The position numbers and the translations under genes were made by a program. Source: a virus (Duplodnaviria > Caudoviricetes). From it: DNA of 24,211 nt. The DNA lies in the IMG/VR virus record IMGVR_UViG_3300020431_000039, positions 1 through 24,211 of that record. The stretch is one strand, 5' to 3'. The notes beneath the pieces were generated by a model. That model did not search any database. It saw only the letters and a list, made by a program, of their open reading frames with translations, and was not told where the DNA came from. This document shows positions 7,589 to 14,959 of this stretch, one piece after another (within the stretch, counting starts at the first letter, position 1; every line of letters begins with the position of its first letter).

Positions 7589-7617
7589 ACTATAAAAACA
7601 CTTCAAGGGTGAGTAAC
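7589..7617 (-). promoter_or_regulatory. GTTACTCACC-class motif copy 3 (degenerate)
   Basis: Minus strand GTTACTCACC-CTTGAAGTGT-TTT-TATAGT; overlaps the stop of the Mom-like gene. Confidence 0.5.
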
Positions 7618-8253
7618 TTTATTATCGGGGTTTTTCCACTTCTCTTCTTCCCATTTAACATTCAACTTCTTATCAAATGTCATCAAGAACCTATGCTTTT
7701 GACTTCTCTTTCTATATTCTCCTCTTAAACCTTTACCACCACCTCTTGATTTCTTAGTATAAGTTCCATCATCATTTAATATCCAAAAATCAGCAACATT
7801 TGCAGATGTCATGCCATAGTATTTGAAATTAGATGCAGCATAGATCACACCTTTGTGAAACTTACCATCAGCATAGGAAAGTATGGCCCTCACATCAACG
7901 TCTTTACGAAATTGTTTGATAGATCTTGATACAAACCATGAGGTAATATTATATTCTTCTGCTTGCACATCTGGATGTATGCACAATCTAGACAATTCAA
8001 ATAATCCGTCCTGCTGATCTCTTTGTAGACCAAATGCAGATACAGCAATCTCAGGAACTGGAATTCCTGTGTATACAATAGCCCCAACACATGTTCCAGT
8101 AGGTCTTAAAATACAATCAGGATCACCCTTGAATAATGCATAGTTATGACCTGATCTAAATGTCTTGGAATGATCTTTAAGGTAATGATATGTAAGGAGA
8201 AGATGTTCTACTTCTTTTCTTTCTACCTTTTCAATATAATAATCTCCTTTCAC
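7603..8253 (-). CDS. Mom-family (GNAT-fold) DNA adenine modification acetyltransferase
   Basis: YHYL, ELSRLC, SWFVSRSIK and ILSYAD..HKGVIYAASNFKYYG match Mu Mom-like motifs; GTG start. Confidence 0.8.
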   Translation of the reverse strand: MKGDYYIEKVERKEVEHLLLTYHYLKDHSKTFRSGHNYALFKGDPDCILRPTGTCVGAIVYTGIPVPEIAVSAFGLQRDQQDGLFELSRLCIHPDVQAEEYNITSWFVSRSIKQFRKDVDVRAILSYADGKFHKGVIYAASNFKYYGMTSANVADFWILNDDGTYTKKSRGGGKGLRGEYRKRSQKHRFLMTFDKKLNVKWEEEKWKNPDNKVTHP

Positions 8254-8682
8254 TTAACCCCCATCAATCTGACAACCTGCCACTGCACCACCAACAACAC
8301 CTAAAGGAATTGACCAAATCCAGTTTTCTTTAGTGGACAAAATTCCTCCTGCACCACCACCAAGAATTCCACCAAGAATAGATCCTTCTACACAGGAATT
8401 GTCATCAATATCACCCACGTCGGGATATCTTGTTTCATTTCTAGGATAAGTAGGAATTTTAGGAACATATCTATTTCTGCAAGGTACTCTATTTGTTCTA
8501 TTTTTTACATATCCACCAACCCATTTCCCATAATTGTTATAATAACCAGGAATAAACTCTTCTACATTTTCATAGCAATAGTTTTCATAACGAACACTTC
8601 TATGTCCCCCAAATCTAGGGCCTCCAGCATATACAGGAGAAGCAGTTGCACCAATTAGAAGCAAAGTTGCAAGAATTTTCAT
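8254..8682 (-). CDS. secreted/membrane protein with a C-terminal glycine zipper
   Basis: Signal-peptide-like N-terminus; GSILGGILGGGAGG ... LGVVGGAVAG. Confidence 0.75.
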   Translation of the reverse strand: MKILATLLLIGATASPVYAGGPRFGGHRSVRYENYCYENVEEFIPGYYNNYGKWVGGYVKNRTNRVPCRNRYVPKIPTYPRNETRYPDVGDIDDNSCVEGSILGGILGGGAGGILSTKENWIWSIPLGVVGGAVAGCQIDGG

Positions 8683-8702
8683 TATTTTTGTTTAATAATA
8701 CT

Positions 8703-8760
8703 AATTTATACTAAAAAAACACCCCTGTCAAGAGGTGTTGTGTCAGTTACTTATCTGTCC
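8703..8760 (-). promoter_or_regulatory. early promoter with palindrome and overlapping terminator hairpin
   Basis: TTGACA 8726-8731 lies within hairpin 8718-8739, followed by a T7 run and TATAAATT at 8703-8710; palindrome core 8742-8759. Confidence 0.75.
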
Positions 8761-8998
8761 TAAATTCTTTTTGGTATGCTGTGACTGCGTAATCACGATA
8801 CTTCTGAAATTGAGGGACTAAGTATTCATATGCCTGATTGAGGTCTTCCCTGAGTTTATTCCACTCATATTGGTGGATTTGCCAGCGAACCTTGATGTCT
8901 TCAATATATTGCTGACGAGAAATAATAACATCGGGTGCTTTTACTTCAGTCGCAACAGGTTGAGAAACAGTAGAAGGTTTCTTGCGAGCACGGGGCAT
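8747..8998 (-). CDS. hypothetical protein
   Basis: Start MPRARKK at 8998; the track extension to 9034 overlaps the promoter. Confidence 0.8.
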   Translation of the reverse strand: MPRARKKPSTVSQPVATEVKAPDVIISRQQYIEDIKVRWQIHQYEWNKLREDLNQAYEYLVPQFQKYRDYAVTAYQKEFRTDK

Positions 8999-9022
8999 AG
9001 AGCGTTGGTTGACTACCCACCT

Positions 9023-9079
9023 AATATGACACAAAAAAAGAGAGGTCGCAACCCCTCTTGTGACACTATTCAGATTGTC
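9023..9079 (-). promoter_or_regulatory. early promoter with palindrome and overlapping terminator hairpin
   Basis: TTGCGA (9046-9051)-17 nt-CATATT (9023-9028); hairpin 9038-9059 plus T-run; palindrome core 9062-9079. Confidence 0.7.
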
Positions 9080-9215
9080 TTGCCTTTTGAACTAGATATT
9101 CTGCAAAATCTTCCATTTTATCAGGATGAATGGCCCTAATATCATACTCCTCTACAGCAATCTTCATAGAATCAATTTCATTTTTATTTAATTCTTTACT
9201 TTTTGGTAGAGTCAC
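9066..9215 (-). CDS. small hypothetical protein (49 aa), not in the ORF track
   Basis: GTG start with an AGGAG SD; MTLPKSKELNKNEIDSMKIAVEEYDIRAIHPDKMEDFAEYLVQKARQSE*. Confidence 0.7.
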   Translation of the reverse strand: MTLPKSKELNKNEIDSMKIAVEEYDIRAIHPDKMEDFAEYLVQKARQSE

Positions 9216-9274
9216 TGGCAATCTCCTGGTATGTGTGAACATCCTAACATAGATGAATCACATTATGTATAACC

Positions 9275-9442
9275 TTAAGATTCTCTTTCGGTTTTTGTTA
9301 CAGGAGTTAATGGTTCAATTGATTCCATTTCCCACCATATATCTTCAAAACTAGCATCATCATTATACTCAGAGTAAGAATTAACAACACCTTCTGATTT
9401 CCAGAAACTATCCCAATCCTTTTGAGTTGCAGAACTAATCAT
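9275..9442 (-). CDS. small acidic Trp-rich hypothetical protein (55 aa), not in the ORF track
   Basis: MISSATQKDWDSFWKSEG...WWEMESIEPLTPVTKTERES*; AAGGA upstream. Confidence 0.65.
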   Translation of the reverse strand: MISSATQKDWDSFWKSEGVVNSYSEYNDDASFEDIWWEMESIEPLTPVTKTERES

Positions 9443-9587
9443 TTTGTGTTTCCTTTTTCCTCAATTTTTTATCTGCTTTGATGCGTTTCTTCACCAGTTT
9501 AGCAAATCTCACATCTTCAGCAGTATACCAGTCGGGATGTTTCTTTGCACGTTTAATAATTTTCTTTGCTGCTTTTTTGTCCTCCAT
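9435..9587 (-). CDS. small basic hypothetical protein (50 aa), not in the ORF track
   Basis: MEDKKAAKKIIKRAKKHPDWYTAEDVRFAKLVKKRIK...; late-promoter-like AATAAATA at 9612-9619. Confidence 0.7.
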   Translation of the reverse strand: MEDKKAAKKIIKRAKKHPDWYTAEDVRFAKLVKKRIKADKKLRKKETQND

Positions 9588-9619
9588 AGCACATACTTTA
9601 ACTGTATGTACTATTTATT

Positions 9620-9913
9620 TTAGTAGAGCTCTTCTTCCTTTTCAGTCTCTACTACACAATCACTGGTTGGATAAGATACACACAGTAATGCAAATCCTGC
9701 CTCAATCTGATCATCATCCAGGAACGATTGATCGCTCTGATCTACAGTACCACTCACAATCTTACCAGCACAGGAAGAACATGCACCTGCACGACAAGAA
9801 TATGGAAGATCAATACCAGCTTCTTCTGCGGCATCTAGGATGTATGTATCATCAGGGCAATCAATAATAGTTTCAATGCCATCAGATGATTTAAGTTTGA
9901 CGGAGTAGTTCAT
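9620..9913 (-). CDS. petF: plant-type [2Fe-2S] ferredoxin (auxiliary metabolic gene)
   Basis: [44 protein letters not shown]. Confidence 0.97.
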   Translation of the reverse strand: MNYSVKLKSSDGIETIIDCPDDTYILDAAEEAGIDLPYSCRAGACSSCAGKIVSGTVDQSDQSFLDDDQIEAGFALLCVSYPTSDCVVETEKEEELY

Positions 9914-9922
9914 GTACTTGTT

Positions 9923-10123
9923 TTAACTTTCATGGATATTATATATTACCGGATGAATATTGTCAATCTTATTTGAAAAATCTTGAAATGCATTGATTAT
10001 TTCAGAGTTTTGTTTTTCTAAATTTTTGACACGTAATTTAAGACTCTTAATCTCATCAAAAATACTATCATCTGTTAAAGGTTTTTTTGAAGGAGAAAAA
10101 AATATTTTAATCCAGTTTAACAT
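9923..10123 (-). CDS. hypothetical coiled-coil protein
   Basis: 66-aa ORF. Confidence 0.65.
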   Translation of the reverse strand: MLNWIKIFFSPSKKPLTDDSIFDEIKSLKLRVKNLEKQNSEIINAFQDFSNKIDNIHPVIYNIHES

Positions 10124-10145
10124 GTAATTGAAGATAAATTATATG

Positions 10146-10259
10146 CTATCTATCTTTAGTATCTTTTTTCTCATGAAGTTTTTTAATTGCTTCAATAACT
10201 TCAGGAGTTTCTTCCCATTCCCAACTATTTCCCTTAGCATCTAAAACTTTTTTCTTCAT
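10146..10259 (-). CDS. small hypothetical protein (37 aa), not in the ORF track
   Basis: MKKKVLDAKGNSWEWEETPEVIEAIKKLHEKKDTKDR*; ATGA overlap with the SET gene. Confidence 0.65.
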   Translation of the reverse strand: MKKKVLDAKGNSWEWEETPEVIEAIKKLHEKKDTKDR

Positions 10260-10642
10260 TGATCTTCCTCAAATGAAATGTTTGGATTATAACAAGAGAA
10301 TAATTCATCACCACATTTAATATCTCTTATGGCATAATAATTTTGAGTCATATTAACACCATCAACATACCATTCAACATTAGGTTCTGGAGAATGATTA
10401 AACAGAGATCCAACACCCAATCCAATAAAACAATTATCTTTTAAGTTTGCAAGGTATTTTCCTATTCTTTCAGAACTTGGATTGACATCCTCTTGATTTA
10501 CAATAATAATAGGACACTCTTCAATGAGTTCATACTTTGCAATATCATCATTAGCAAAAACTCCCCATCCTTGAATGGGAGATCTTTTAACTTGTACTTT
10601 TGAATTGCGAAATAATTCAGTTTTATATACTGTTGGATTCAT
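10256..10642 (-). CDS. SET-domain protein-lysine methyltransferase
   Basis: SPIQGWGVFA, LFNHSPEPN, AIRDIKCGDELFSCY. Confidence 0.9.
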   Translation of the reverse strand: MNPTVYKTELFRNSKVQVKRSPIQGWGVFANDDIAKYELIEECPIIIVNQEDVNPSSERIGKYLANLKDNCFIGLGVGSLFNHSPEPNVEWYVDGVNMTQNYYAIRDIKCGDELFSCYNPNISFEEDQ

Positions 10643-10784
10643 TTTCTATCTGTCTTTCTAGTTCATATTTAATTGGATTTAAATGACTGTAGATATAATT
10701 TTTCCACTCATTATCTTCTAATAATATAACAATATTTTCAATTTGTGTCAAGGCCATGATTAACTTTTCCTTTTCAGTTTTCAT
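10623..10784 (-). CDS. small hypothetical protein (53 aa), not in the ORF track
   Basis: MKTEKEKLIMALTQIENIVILLEDNEWKNYIYSHLNPIKYELERQI... Confidence 0.7.
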   Translation of the reverse strand: MKTEKEKLIMALTQIENIVILLEDNEWKNYIYSHLNPIKYELERQIENESNSI

Positions 10785-10941
10785 CTTTTTTGTAAACTTT
10801 CTGAATTGCTAAAAGTGTATCATAAGGAATCCATGTAGGATTCTCTTCATCAAATTGAACTTGAACCTCAGTAATTACTTCTTCAAGAACTTTACTATAA
10901 GTTTTTCTCGTGTTTTTAACTGGTGCTAAAGGATTAATCAT
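10774..10941 (-). CDS. small hypothetical protein (55 aa), not in the ORF track
   Basis: MINPLAPVKNTRKTYSKVLEEVITEVQVQFDEENPTWIPYDTLLAI... Confidence 0.7.
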   Translation of the reverse strand: MINPLAPVKNTRKTYSKVLEEVITEVQVQFDEENPTWIPYDTLLAIQKVYKKDEN

Positions 10942-10942
10942 T

Positions 10943-11152
10943 TTATTCAAAAATAGGAAAAGTACGTTGTCTCATCTTTTTAAGATGATTCGGATCATTA
11001 CCATAGTAACCCATATTCATGTAAATGCAATCAACATAACGCAAGTTTTCTCGATTAATATTGAAAGTAAAGTCATCACAGTATGTTACAATTTCTTGAG
11101 GAACATTGACTTGGTTATGATCATAATCAATACTCATAGATTTTAAGTCCAA
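10943..11152 (-). CDS. hypothetical protein
   Basis: 69-aa ORF in a packed operon. Confidence 0.75.
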   Translation of the reverse strand: MDLKSMSIDYDHNQVNVPQEIVTYCDDFTFNINRENLRYVDCIYMNMGYYGNDPNHLKKMRQRTFPIFE

Positions 11153-11340
11153 CGTAGATTTTTTAGATGTTTAAGAACTTCTTCACGAACATCCATCAGT
11201 TCGTTATAACATTTTTGATTACGAGCACATTGACGAAGTGAATGATCTGGTTTATGTACTGACTCAATAAAGATGTCAAGTCCACGATTCCACTTCTCTT
11301 GTTTACTTTCGTTGTCCTCAAGACTATTTTGATCCTTCAT
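11143..11340 (-). CDS. hypothetical protein
   Basis: 65-aa ORF overlapping both neighbours. Confidence 0.8.
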   Translation of the reverse strand: MKDQNSLEDNESKQEKWNRGLDIFIESVHKPDHSLRQCARNQKCYNELMDVREEVLKHLKNLRWT

Positions 11341-11531
11341 TTAATAACCTCCCAGTGATCATCGGATGATTCACTCATCCAAAAAAAGTATTTACCACTG
11401 ATAGATGCAAGGAAAACTTTACCATCTTGTCGTTTCTCAATACGACAAGAATGCAATAGATCCATTTCATTAGCAAAACGATTCTTTGCCTTAGAGCTCT
11501 TTGGTTTTACACAAAGGAATTCGGTCTTCAT
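11337..11531 (-). CDS. hypothetical protein
   Basis: 64-aa ORF with a GAGG SD and a sigma70 promoter upstream. Confidence 0.8.
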   Translation of the reverse strand: MKTEFLCVKPKSSKAKNRFANEMDLLHSCRIEKRQDGKVFLASISGKYFFWMSESSDDHWEVIK

Positions 11532-11555
11532 ACTTTGATTAACCTCAACAAAGGT

Positions 11556-11584
11556 ATTCTATAGGAGTTTGGGAATGTTGTCAA
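11556..11584 (-). promoter_or_regulatory. sigma70-type promoter
   Basis: TTGACA (11579-11584)-17 nt-TAGAAT (11556-11561). Confidence 0.8.
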
Positions 11585-11596
11585 GTGGTCGTGTGA

Positions 11597-11659
11597 TAAG
11601 GATATTCTATGTAAGACTGTTTAATGCCCCTCTAAGGGCGTTCAGTCTTATTATCCTTA
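11597..11659. repeat. long interrupted inverted repeat (candidate ncRNA hairpin or cruciform)
   Basis: taaggata 11597-11604/tatcctta 11652-11659; taagactg 11612-11619/cagtctta 11643-11650; gccc/gggc around a 6-nt loop. Confidence 0.75.
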
Positions 11660-11720
11660 GGATTGTTTTTGATCTAGTAATGGGGGTGTTACAGTCGATT
11701 TAAAGCGTGTTTGTCTGTAT

Positions 11721-11806
11721 AGTATAGAGCAATATGAACCAACTTTAGTCTATGGTGTGCAGTACTCAAAGTGTCCATTGACATTATGGATTTAAATTGA
11801 TAAAAT
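11721..11806. promoter_or_regulatory. divergent promoters sharing one palindrome
   Basis: Plus strand: TTGACA 11778-11783, 17 nt, TAAAAT 11801-11806. Palindrome core 11758-11775. Minus strand: TATACT 11721-11726 at the same spacing from the palindrome as in the other early promoters. Confidence 0.7.
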
Positions 11807-11829
11807 TATAAGATATTTACCAGTTAATA

Positions 11830-12561
11830 ATGATTACCGTATATTGGTCCCCCTGGTATGCAAATAAATCTACATATGATGAAAATTATCTAACTCACTA
11901 TGGTTTGGATAATGTTTATTCTGATCTATTAGTACATAAAAATAAATCAAATCTTAGAGACAACTTCTTTAACTGCTATGCATTTAAAGATGCACTAAAA
12001 AATATGTACTGTTTAAGAAATCCATACTCTGTAAACTTGAGATATGAAAATGATCAGTGCATTTCTAATACTCCACCAAAAGCAGTTTATGATCTTGCGA
12101 TGACATCAAGAGTTAAATCTCCATCAGTAGAAAATGCATTGACAATTAACTATGGAGTCAGTTGGATATTCTTTGCTGATAAACCTCTGAAGATACAAAC
12201 AATGCATCCTTATATGCATGGAACAGAGGCAAGTAAGACATCATTCTATGTTCCTGGATCATATGATATTTCAAGATGGTTTCGGCCAGTTGAAGTTGCA
12301 TGCCAATTATTTCCTGGTGAGAATACATTTAAGTCTGATGAAGGTGAACCACTCATCTATGCAAACTTCTTGACTGATGAAAAGATTCAATTTAAGAAAT
12401 TTTATCTTAGTCAAGAAATTATTGATCACTCAATGAGTTGTATGAAACTTAAATACTTTAAGTCATTTAAGGCACTAAATTATTTGTATAAGATATTTGT
12501 TCAGAGTAAACTAAAAAATAAAATCTTATCAGAGATTAAGAATAACGTTATTGAGGATTAG
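11830..12561 (+). CDS. hypothetical protein (possibly a dUTPase-like beta fold)
   Basis: 243-aa ORF with its own promoter; PG.YD...WFRP and GEPL motifs; the fold is a guess. Confidence 0.7.
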   Translation: MITVYWSPWYANKSTYDENYLTHYGLDNVYSDLLVHKNKSNLRDNFFNCYAFKDALKNMYCLRNPYSVNLRYENDQCISNTPPKAVYDLAMTSRVKSPSVENALTINYGVSWIFFADKPLKIQTMHPYMHGTEASKTSFYVPGSYDISRWFRPVEVACQLFPGENTFKSDEGEPLIYANFLTDEKIQFKKFYLSQEIIDHSMSCMKLKYFKSFKALNYLYKIFVQSKLKNKILSEIKNNVIED

Positions 12562-12563
12562 TG

Positions 12564-13289
12564 ATGTTTAAGAAACAACTGAAGTTGACTGCATATACTT
12601 GGGAAAATGATATATTTGTAAATGATAAACCAACATTTAATAAGACAGATCAAACTGAATGGATGAGGTTATTGCAACCAAGTATTGAACAATTTGATCC
12701 ACCTTCAAATAGTCACATTGAAATAGCAACTGCCAAGAACTGTCCTGGTATTAAAAACTTTATTGGTGGTGGCATTAAGTTTCGTATGTGGTCACATTTG
12801 GTTGTAAGAGTTCATCCAAATGGATTTGTAGAAGAACTTCCTGGATCATTCAAGGGAAATAGTCAAGCACCACTATTTGCTCAACATCCTAAAGGCCAAT
12901 ATGAACACATTTACCAAAGAAGTAAAACATCATTCAAATTGAATAGTCCTTGGATTATGGAGTGTAATAAACCAACAAAATTTATGTTTGTTGAATCTCA
13001 TTATTCAACAAATACTCTAAGAGAAAATAATATTAATATTGCTCCAGGTATCATAGACTTCAAATATCAAAAAGCAACAAACATACACTTGGTTGTTGAT
13101 GTAAAAAAAGAACCTTATGAATTAGTAATTCCATATGGCACACCTCTTGTTACACTTTTTCCTTTAACTGAGGAAAAAATTAACTTTGACTGTCAATTAC
13201 TAACTAAAGAAGAATTTGAAAAAATTAATAATTCTTTCCCTAGATGTCCAATGAGAAAATACTATCAGTTAATTAAGAACCTTGGCTAA
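12564..13289 (+). CDS. hypothetical protein (possibly a dUTPase-like beta fold), likely distant paralogue of the previous gene
   Basis: TAKNCPG, KLNSPW, PGIIDF, IPYGTPL; GAGG SD upstream. Confidence 0.7.
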   Translation: MFKKQLKLTAYTWENDIFVNDKPTFNKTDQTEWMRLLQPSIEQFDPPSNSHIEIATAKNCPGIKNFIGGGIKFRMWSHLVVRVHPNGFVEELPGSFKGNSQAPLFAQHPKGQYEHIYQRSKTSFKLNSPWIMECNKPTKFMFVESHYSTNTLRENNINIAPGIIDFKYQKATNIHLVVDVKKEPYELVIPYGTPLVTLFPLTEEKINFDCQLLTKEEFEKINNSFPRCPMRKYYQLIKNLG

Positions 13290-14957
13290 TTTTTGAATCT
13301 CTGGTAGATACATATACTCTATTTCACTTTTGCGAAGAGTATCAATTGCATCTTCAATAGTTTCTACTAATGGATCCCCACCAAGATTAAAACTGGTATT
13401 GAATAAGATAGGGACATCACTCAGTTTTTCAAACTCTGCAATTAGATTATAGTAATGCTTATTCTGTTCTTCTGTAACAGTTTGAATTCTACAGGTATTG
13501 TCTACATGAATGACCGATGGAATAATATTTGCAGTTTCTTCTTTTGCTTCAACAGCATACATCATACTAGGAGATTCATCCATCCCTGCAAGATCAAACC
13601 AATCGTGAACTTTTTCTTTTAATACTGAGCATGCAAATGGTCTGAACCATTCACGATGTTTTACATTATTAACAATATCTTTCCCATCTTTAATTGTGGG
13701 ATCAAATAAAATAGATCTGTTACCTAATGCTCTTGGACCTGCTTCAGATTTCCCTTGAAAAATAGTTACAATATTCCCATCTCTGATTAGTTTAGCAATA
13801 TCTTTATAAGAAGTATCAACTACATCTATACCATTAAGATCTCTTAGATAGGTGTCTGGATCATATTGTGGACCATAATAAACAGTAGATTGTGATTCTG
13901 GTATTCTTCCTGTTGAATGTGCATAATGATACTTTGCAGCACCAATAGATGTACCTCCATCATGTGAAATGGGTTCACAATATATGTTGAGATCTGGAAA
14001 CTCTTTGATATACTTATAGTTTGCTACACAGTTTAAACCATATCCACCACAAATAATAATATTCGTCTCTCCAGTCAGTTCATGTGCCTTACGAATAAGT
14101 TCAACCATACGATCTGAAGTCTCTTCTTGAACTTTGTAAGCAAGATCTTTTTGTATGTCAGTATATTTTCCTGAGTTGTTAAGATCATGCTGTTCATGAT
14201 CCTTTCTAATTATTTCATACCTAGACAGGTTTATTTGTGCTGCATTTGGATATGTTGGAATGATTAAGTTTCTACTTCCCCAACCATCAACAAAAAAGTT
14301 TGGTAGATCATCATTTGGTTTTCCATATGATGCAAGACCCATAAGTTTACCTGCTTCAATAGCTCTAAATCCACAGTATTGTGTCACTGCTTCATACATT
14401 TTTGTAAGTCCAGGATACTCTGTTATATGAACCTCCGGTTCAACTTCAGTATATCCAATGGATTCTTTTGTTCCTATGTGTTTATATACAGTTTCAAATT
14501 CTGTGTGATTGTTAACTTTAAAAATAGATTCAAACTCATAGCAAGGTTCATTTATATCACCAATCTTTAAGAAACTACCTGCACCATCGGCAATAACACA
14601 CGCAGCAGTTTTAAATCCAGAATTGTAATAACCACATGCAGCATGCATTTCATGATGGATATTGTCAATGTAATGGGTTTTAAATTCAAATTTCTTTCTT
14701 GCAAGTTTTCTTACAAATCCCTCATAAACACTTTCTTGCGTCCATTCAAATATTGGTCCTGATCTATGAGTATGACATATTAATAACTCATCAATATAAT
14801 CCACATAGTCAAATACTTTTTGAAGACCTAAAAGTGGATCTCCATCATACTTTGCTCTAGATAATCTCTCTTCTTCAAGATAGAAAACAACCTCACCATC
14901 AATCAAAAGTGTGGTGCTACCATTATGGCCACGCGCAATAGAAACAATAACTGACAT
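13269..14957 (-). CDS. carbamoyltransferase, NodU/CmcH/TobZ family
   Basis: EEERLSR, HHEMHA, DGAG, GKLMGLASYG, GGYGLNCVAN, DGGTSIGA, EAGPRALGNRS, KHREWFRPFA, HVDNTCRIQTV, NTSFNLGG. Confidence 0.96.
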   Translation of the reverse strand: MSVIVSIARGHNGSTTLLIDGEVVFYLEEERLSRAKYDGDPLLGLQKVFDYVDYIDELLICHTHRSGPIFEWTQESVYEGFVRKLARKKFEFKTHYIDNIHHEMHAACGYYNSGFKTAACVIADGAGSFLKIGDINEPCYEFESIFKVNNHTEFETVYKHIGTKESIGYTEVEPEVHITEYPGLTKMYEAVTQYCGFRAIEAGKLMGLASYGKPNDDLPNFFVDGWGSRNLIIPTYPNAAQINLSRYEIIRKDHEQHDLNNSGKYTDIQKDLAYKVQEETSDRMVELIRKAHELTGETNIIICGGYGLNCVANYKYIKEFPDLNIYCEPISHDGGTSIGAAKYHYAHSTGRIPESQSTVYYGPQYDPDTYLRDLNGIDVVDTSYKDIAKLIRDGNIVTIFQGKSEAGPRALGNRSILFDPTIKDGKDIVNNVKHREWFRPFACSVLKEKVHDWFDLAGMDESPSMMYAVEAKEETANIIPSVIHVDNTCRIQTVTEEQNKHYYNLIAEFEKLSDVPILFNTSFNLGGDPLVETIEDAIDTLRKSEIEYMYLPEIQKLAKVLN

Positions 14958-14959
14958 AA

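Noticed and set aside
2656-8090. Same-strand alternative-frame ORFs 2656..2961, 6787..6975 and 7890..8090
   Set aside because: They are nested within recognisable genes and carry no motifs
8254-8682. Enzyme label (phosphodiesterase) that I recall being attached to similar cyanophage proteins
   Set aside because: No catalytic metal-binding motif is visible; only a signal peptide and a glycine zipper are supported
1068-11146. Plus-strand ORFs in the track (1068, 2322, 2486, 4779, 5347, 5400, 5596, 6108, 6552, 7510, 8870, 9478, 10910)
   Set aside because: They are antisense shadows of better minus-strand genes, with unnatural composition and no promoter or RBS support
9216-11829. tRNA genes in the intergenic gaps
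   Set aside because: No cloverleaf with a GTTCRA T-loop was seen by eye; tRNAscan-SE would settle it
7603-14957. Mom-like gene and carbamoyltransferase as one DNA-modification pathway
   Set aside because: They are 5 kb apart in different predicted temporal classes, and Mom uses acetyl-CoA chemistry; the sequence shows no link
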